From positions 62,001-126,000 of the forward strand of contig NOWV01000168.1 in the NCBI GenBank assembly GCA_003344405.1: DNA of 64,000 nucleotides, written 5' to 3'. The stretch is from Trichoplax sp. H2. Taxonomy: Eukaryota. Below are positions 56,716 through 64,000 of this stretch, piece by piece. Position 1 is the stretch's first letter. Each line of letters begins with the position of its first letter. Made by a program: the position numbers and the translations under genes. A model generated the notes under the pieces. The model was given only the letters and a program-made list of their open reading frames with translations, was not told the DNA's origin and searched no databases.

Positions 56716-57983
56716 TGGCTTCATTATTTGAGGATCCTTTACAGGTTTAATTTAAAGGATTTTTAAGATTATAATGTCTAATATGGACTATAGAATCAGC
56801 ACCGGTGAAAGATTTATTTACTATAAAGTAACCTTTGAATTTAACAATATCATTTGTATTGTTTAAGGGTATTTATCGTTACACCGTTAGTAACTGAGAT
56901 TTGATATCAGATTTCGTATAATAGTTAGTTGATATAAAACGATTTCATCATTTTTAAATAAACAGCTGTTATTTACTAACTTTGATAGGGTAACGGGTGA
57001 TTAAGCGTAACCCTTGACTTTAATATTGATTTTATAGTATTAAACATGTAATTCGTGTAGATGTAACTTAATTAACGCAGTAATATAAGTTCACATCAGA
57101 AATAAAATAAAGAGTATTATACTAGACTATTCTTGTGATTTCTTGAATGCGAGAGTTAATAAGAGAAATTGAGCTACAGCTGGTTGATAATTAATCGAGA
57201 CAGTTTATGTTGTGGTATGATAGTCAGGACGCGATAAGCATGGAATATTTTACCATCAGTAGAAGGGAAACGAACGATATCGTCGATCTTGTGCATGGAA
57301 CATTAGTACACTTTTACGAAAAGACTTTAAATATTATCATCAATCTTGTAACATAAATTGAGAAATCGAGGTCATTCTATGCACGTACAATTAACCAATC
57401 TATTGGCTTCAGTGTTGAATAAGGTATAACTAGCCACGACAGCATGATGTGATCTAAGTTAGGAATTATTAACATCAATCTTCTAAGGTAACATATATCG
57501 TATCAGATCATTGTGATTCATTTTGTTGCATTAGCTTTTACATTATGTCTGCAATATTGCATTAAATTCCGTATGTGAGTAACTCATTCAAATAGTATAA
57601 AGGTGCAGTGCTCCAGATGAATGAAATACCGTGATGTCATCAGTTCTACGACATAAATCGTAACATGGACGGATGAACTTGGTCAGTCTATCGAATATAT
57701 TTCTACTTGAAATGATTTACATCCTTACCATCACTTGATCCTTCTAGAAGCATGAATTAACTAGCTATATATAATTATGCTGTTGATCAATATGTTGATT
57801 TTTAATTAAGTTTGAAATCTAGTGGTTTACGATTAATATCAGTTCGCGTCTATTTACAGTATGTGAGTTTGCATAACATTAACGTATTTTATCGACGCAA
57901 TCTCTTTTATCAACTTGTGCTATAATTCATTTCGCCGATTCAAGTTAAAAAAACATACTTGTCTTTTAGACAGTCTTTTAATA

Positions 57984-58053
57984 AGCTATCAGAGTATGAC
58001 ATCAGCTATAGCTATCAGAGTATGACAAATAGCTATCAGAGTATGACATCAGA
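57984..58053. repeat. Short minisatellite, three copies of AGCTATCAGAGTATGACA
   Basis: Copies begin at 57984, 58010 and 58031. Confidence 0.9.
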
Positions 58054-58203
58054 GGGCTCAAGATGCCTGTGGGCTACTTCAGTCCCAGCTCCGATGTCTA
58101 TCAGTATTCTTTCTAGTCTATTTATAAAATTAATTGACTTAAGTAGTTATGCTGTTCAGAATTATTTTATTCCATCTTGTTTTGGTGTTTCAAGTTTGAT
58201 TTA

Positions 58204-58717
58204 CCGGATAGGATACCAGAAGTGAATTGCCCATGTCTGTTTCAAGCATTCCATTATGAATAGCATGTAAGTGCTTAAAACGATGGGAAAAGTTAATATG
58301 GAATGATTGTAATAGAAAATGCTTTCATCCTATCCTGCTTTGATGACTTTACGTTGGATATGCAGGATAGGATACCGGAAGAGAGTTGCCTGCGTTTTAT
58401 TCAAGCATTCCACTATGAATAGTATGTAGATATTTAAAACGATGAAGTAATTATGTCTAATTCGAGATAGAAGCCTATTCATGGGAAATGTTAATATGGA
58501 GTGGTTGTAATGGAAAATGCTTTCATTCTATCCTACTTTGATGACTTTATGTTGGATTTGCAGGATAGGATACCGGAAGTGAGTTGCCTATGTCTATATC
58601 AAGGATTCCACTATGAGTAGCATGCAGACGTTTAAGACGATGGAGTAATTATGTCTAAACTGGGATACGAATCTATTCATGGAAAAGTTAATATGCGATG
58701 ATTGTCAATAGAAAATG
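58204..58717. repeat. Three-copy tandem repeat (periods ~158 and ~199 bp)
   Basis: GGATAGGATACC(A/G)GAAG.GA.TTGCC...TCAAG.ATTCCA.TATGA.TAG begins at ~58206, 58364 and 58563; copies 2 and 3 share a ~40 bp segment missing from copy 1. Confidence 0.9.
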
Positions 58718-61700
58718 GCCGTCAACTACATTGGTCCACTTGTTTAATTTTTGATGACGTGTTTATGGATATACACGTATTATGGTCTATCTTGGCTATG
58801 TTTACTTGATTTAAAACGAATTGGAAAAATACAACTATCGACAGGTTGCATTACACTGCCGTACATTGTTAAACTATCCTTGAAGTCTATGTCAACAATT
58901 CTTGCTTACAGCTACTAAGTTCAATTTTATTTGCTTTTAGACCACCAATGACAATAGTCCATCCCCACCCTTATCCAATTATCCGATTATTTTTTTATTA
59001 TCGAATAGATATAATTCCGTATTTGAATTCTAAAATAACGTAACCCTAGCCATATTCTATTATTCAACATTTGATTAGCTTCATGTAATTAAGCTTTTAA
59101 CATGCTCTCTAATGGCCTTTTTATTGTCATTTGCATTGATGCAAAGCTGAACGCTAACAACCTATTACTCGATAGTTACGATATCGATCAATCGCATCTG
59201 AAATTGGTTAGCTGGTGTTCTTAGAGAGTACCGCTAGCTACTGTATCATTAAATCTGTCATATTGTGTCATGAAATATTCCAGTCATAGTCATATTCTAT
59301 ACGTTTACTTTTGATGAGGTTTTTTATCCGTTCGTAGAACGGGTATAAACTGCTAGTTAAAATTATTTTGCCAGTGTGTGTGTGACTGTACTGTAGTTCA
59401 GTTCGAAGATTTAGGCGCCTATTTTTACAACCTATTTTGCATTTTAGCCTTACTTGAATGAATTTCTACGTTATACACTTTGATGTAGGGATCAATCGGA
59501 GGATGAAGGCAACAACTTGATGCAGCTGTAGTGATGCACCTATATTTGATTATAAGGATGGCTATATTTGATTGTGTTAATAGTTATATTCGATATAGTT
59601 AGATTACTTTAAATAGATACTATCCTGAAGCTAATATTAGATGATTGCTAACTACTATATTAGAAATTGTTGATGACTGATAGTAGCCAGTTGACCAATT
59701 ATGGTACAACATTGATATAGCTAGAAACACTGTAGTTGTTAAGATGCCCTTCGGAGAAAGGCGCTAGACGTTAATAGAATAGAAGAGTAGTGGCATACTA
59801 AGTAGGATGATTTAGATTGTCGAAGATAATGATGTACTGTTTGAGAAAAGTAGTTTGTTTTGATGACTCATATCTGATTGTAGATTAATCAAGTGTCATA
59901 AATGGATTTAACGAAGTGTATATATACTGTACTGTATAAGAACTACAGAGATGAGCTCAAGGGAGAAGAGACTTCACTTCTTCGATTCTTGTAGTGATTA
60001 ATTATTGCTCCACTATTCCTAAAAACCTTGTAATAAAAACCTTTTAGAAAATACTATTTGACTAAGATAGTTATTGTGAGACACTTTTATTACAGCAGCA
60101 CTTAGAGGTAGGGCATGTAAAATGATACAAGAGTATCAAAAGATGGATAGAAAATGTTGGTAACAGCTGTACAAACAGCTTACAAGCTAATGAAATGAGG
60201 TAATCCATGACTGTCTTCTAATCTGTAACATCTGTAGCGCTACGATTGAAATAGAATGCATTCTTGAGCGTAATAGAGCCAATTGAATAATCAGATTATT
60301 ATTTACCGAACCTTTATCAGGTCTACATATTACATCATGACGGCCTTAAGGCTGAAAAGTATACAGGTATAGCAAAATTCCTCCTAATATTATCAGTCAT
60401 CATCAATAAGGTAGTCGTCATCCTTGCTCTTTACTTTCCCTCCTTCATTATCGAGAATGTGCATTTAGTCATGATTGACTGTTGAATGATACTTGATAGG
60501 AGATTTTGTATCATGTTGGGGACAATGATTAATTATTTTATTTTGATGACGGCCATCTGATATTTTCTAGACAGAAGATAGTTTCTATACCTGCCAGGGA
60601 TTGCTGCGCTCAGGGTAGCAGTAACCGTATTCTGGCACAGCTGAGTATCGATCCTAATGTTCGGCAATGCTTCCATATACAAATGGATATTCCAATTTCT
60701 CGTCTGTAGCCCAGTTCAGTTCTGTGAGAGGCTAATCTTTTACTGCAAGTTGGAATTTAAAAATTTCGAATTGAATTCTGGGTGGCATTGTTCAATTTGC
60801 ACACCTGCTGGTCAGGTAGTCATTATTTTTTGGTCTCTATGCGATAGCCTCTTTATCACTTGGTTACTGTACATGACAGTCCATGAAAGCAGCATCGATG
60901 GGATCTTGGTGAAGATTGGCGTTTATCAACTTTGTAATCTAATGCTCCTTTTAGATAGTGTACATAACTTGACTAGCAGCATCAGTAGGATATTGGCGAC
61001 GGTTAGCGTTTATGAATTATGCACGTTGCAGATAGTATAATGCGAAGCAAAGTGTATCTATGTAGCATCGCTAGACTACAGTACATGGTAACAAAATCAA
61101 TATATGATGTTGGCGAATATCAACATGCAATGTACGATAGTGACTCATTTCTGATAGTATACAGTACTTGACCATAAAAAAGTAAAATCGCAAGTACGAA
61201 GTTGGCGATGATTGGTGTCTATGAACGAAGCAATATAGTAGATATTGCAGAGACTGATTTCAGGTGTTCTACTATGAGGTTAACTCTATCTCTGCATCGT
61301 TTAACTTATGGTAAGCAAAATCAGAAGATCAACCATGCAATATAAAGTAGTATATAGTATAGAATGTATACTGAAAAGACTGATTTAGGGTCGTTGACTA
61401 CGAAGAAGTAAGATCAGTACGGCGACAGTTGGCATTCAGGAAATAGGCAATCGAAAGTAGTAGAGCATGGACTACCGCGGCTAATTTCAGATAGTATATT
61501 ATCCTAGATCAAGGAGGCCGTTGTTGACAAGCTGATATTGTTGAAATGGTTACGTATTAGGGCGGAATCTATTAGTAATGTTATGGATTGCTAAAAGCTT
61601 ACTATTACAATGGGGTTGTCTACTTTTGTAATATAAAAGTATTGTAAAACAATGATTCTATGGCTGAAAGTATAGCGTGATGATGAGATGTACAAGATTG

Positions 61701-63364
61701 CTTGAGCACGATTTAAATAAATAAATAGCTCGTAAATAATTAGTAAATAATACTGTACTTGTATTCTACAGTGCGCTTTCTTGACTCTTGACTAGGACTA
61801 GACTAATTATAATAGTCTTTCCATATTATGTTCTATTGTATAATCATGCATGAACCCGTAAGTTACCTATCCACAAAGAAAAAAAATAGGCTGTAGAGCT
61901 TGCAGGGGTAATTTTATGGATGCCTATTTATCCTAGTGGTGTTATTTCTATACAATATGCCATATATTGTCGTTGGTCATGTATGGAAGCATTAAACCGT
62001 AGATATCTTGCGTGTTGGTTATACTATACAGTACTGGTCAACAGTAAAGGAGAAAGGTTAAAATAGATCCACTGTCATAATCATGAATGGCAAGAATTTG
62101 GATTTGCCATCATTGAATTTCATCCAGTGACTCGAGCAGAATAACCGTAGATTGTCGCGATCATTCATGGCAAAGGATTAGGCATAATTGAATTGAAAGA
62201 ATAAAAGTAGATTGAGTGATAATTAACAGTGTCATTAATCTAATTAATTCATTGATGGTAAGGATATGTGGCTTGATTGAATTTGAACTTTAACAAATGA
62301 CTTGAAAAGAATCACTGTAGGCATGAGCCGATCATTGGTCATTTTGGCTAGTATTGGGCCGGTATTACTTGAAATGGTTACCCATTGATTACGAATTGAA
62401 CTCAATTTGTTATCAAATACGAATTGCATTGAGCCCATACTTGAATACTGTATCGTTTTGAATTTTTCATGGCAAGGATTGGGTACGATTGAATTTGAAT
62501 ATACTGTTCATCAAGTGACATTTAATGAATTAATGTCGACTCTACAGTCTACAACAGATCATCCCTTGCAAAGATTGAGTATGACTGTATTCAAAAAGAA
62601 TCTATGTCGATTGCAGTGATGATTATGATCTATTTTCAACTTGCTGTACGATCATTCAAGTGGTTCAAAAAATAACCCGAAATCAATGCCAGTCAAGTTT
62701 CATTTTATAATATCAGCCCATATTAGTAAAATGACTTTGGATCGACATCCATATACGACTCGCCTATACCTTACAGTGTAACTGTACATTGGCCCTGATC
62801 ATTTTGCATCAATTACTTTGTACACTTGGTTTAAGCTGTCGTACTGATCCAAATTATTTTTTGATGGGGATGATGCAAGACACAAATTTGATTTACTCCG
62901 CATGAGATTGGACGATTTCTTGATTTTTTTTGTAGATATGTCATTACATGTCTAATTGTATCAGTAGGACAGCTGAAACGAAGTATGCCAAGTAAAATAA
63001 TTTATGCAACATGGTCAGGGCTAGGGTGTGCAATGTGCATTAATGTGCATGGATATAAAATACCAATCTACTATACTCTATTTTATCCATGGAATGCAGC
63101 GGAGTCGTATATTGATTTTTCTTCAAAGCAACATTTTACTTCGTCTACGATCCCAATATCGATCCATAGCAATGGAAGATTGTTCTTCCACTGTGAAGGG
63201 CCATGGACTAGCATAGGCCGTCCGTCGATGAAGACCCAATATCCAGCAGTTTTTGTATGGTTGTATGCATCAACTTGGTGTAGACGCTACTTCCTCCAAT
63301 ATTGACATAATCATGTTGTTTTACAGTAGGTTGAATGAGTTGCGGTAGGTCGGTCGACATGTAA

Positions 63365-63961
63365 CACGAGAGATACTGTGGTGACAGCAGTTCTGGAACT
63401 CGACCGTACTACTGTACAACGACGCTACACTTGGACCATAGACTTGAGTGAGTTGCATGCATGGAATGACCGAGTGATCGTCTTTTACTATGAATGCAAG
63501 GCGAGCGATACTGCGGTGACAGCAGTTCTGGAACTCGGCCGTGCTACAACTACACCTGTCGAAGGTTTGGTTTGGACTTGAGTGAGTTGCATGCATGGAA
63601 TGACCAAGTGATCGTCTTTTACTATGAATGCAAGGCGAGAGATACAGCGGTGACAGCAGTTCTTGGACTTGAGTGAGTTGCATGCATGGAATGACCAAGT
63701 GATCGTCTTTTACTGTGAATGCAACACGAGCGATACTGCGGTGACAGGCTGTTATGTAGCTCAGGTGTAACTACAACGACGCTACTCTTTGACCATGGCC
63801 TTGAGTGAGTTGCATGCATGGAATGACCGAGTGATCGTCTTTTACTAAGAATGCAACACGAGCGATACTGCGGTGACAGCAGTTCTGGAACTCGGCCGTA
63901 CTACAACTACACTGTCCAGTATACAACGACGCCGCAGTTGGACCATGGACTTGAGTGAGTT
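63365..63961. repeat. GC-richer mosaic satellite: conserved ~80 bp core plus variable linker
   Basis: Core GACTTGAGTGAGTTGCATGCATGGAATGACC(G/A)AGTGATCGTCTTTTACT...GAATGCAA...GATAC.GCGGTGACAG starts at 63441, 63575, 63666, 63798 and (partial) 63948; periods 134, 91, 132, 150. Confidence 0.92.
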
Positions 63962-64000
63962 AGGGCCATGCAGGTAAGAAAAACATGGTCAGGGTTTCAA

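Noticed and set aside
63321-63819. Overlapping repetitive ORFs on both strands
   Set aside because: Products of the tandem repeat; unit lengths break frame between copies.
63365-63961. CRISPR-like repeat-spacer appearance
   Set aside because: Core is ~80 bp, linkers are related to each other and vary widely in length, no cas genes, eukaryotic context.

Overview
AT-rich, intron-rich eukaryotic DNA; gene content and compactness suggest an early-branching animal such as a placozoan (inference). Three spliced + strand genes were rebuilt by hand with consistent intron phases: a 5'-incomplete family-III CoA-transferase (SUGCT-like, 119-2750), MOB4/phocein (4957-8050, 225 aa) and a 21-exon, ~1315-aa RasGEF (35428-56715). 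The RasGEF has an unusual architecture: N-terminal helical region, long disordered linker, PX-like domain, REM and CDC25 domains. It also has a U12-type AT-AC intron in the REM domain (53466-53964) and an intronic cluster of five AP-1-type ATGASTCA sites. The apparently empty 8.4-25.4 kb region holds a heavily decayed, 5'-truncated polycystin-1-like (PKD1L) pseudogene whose motifs appear in the expected order, with degenerate tandem arrays in its former introns. Several local duplications and a mosaic satellite at the right end complete the window. All homology calls come from motif recognition; no searches were run.
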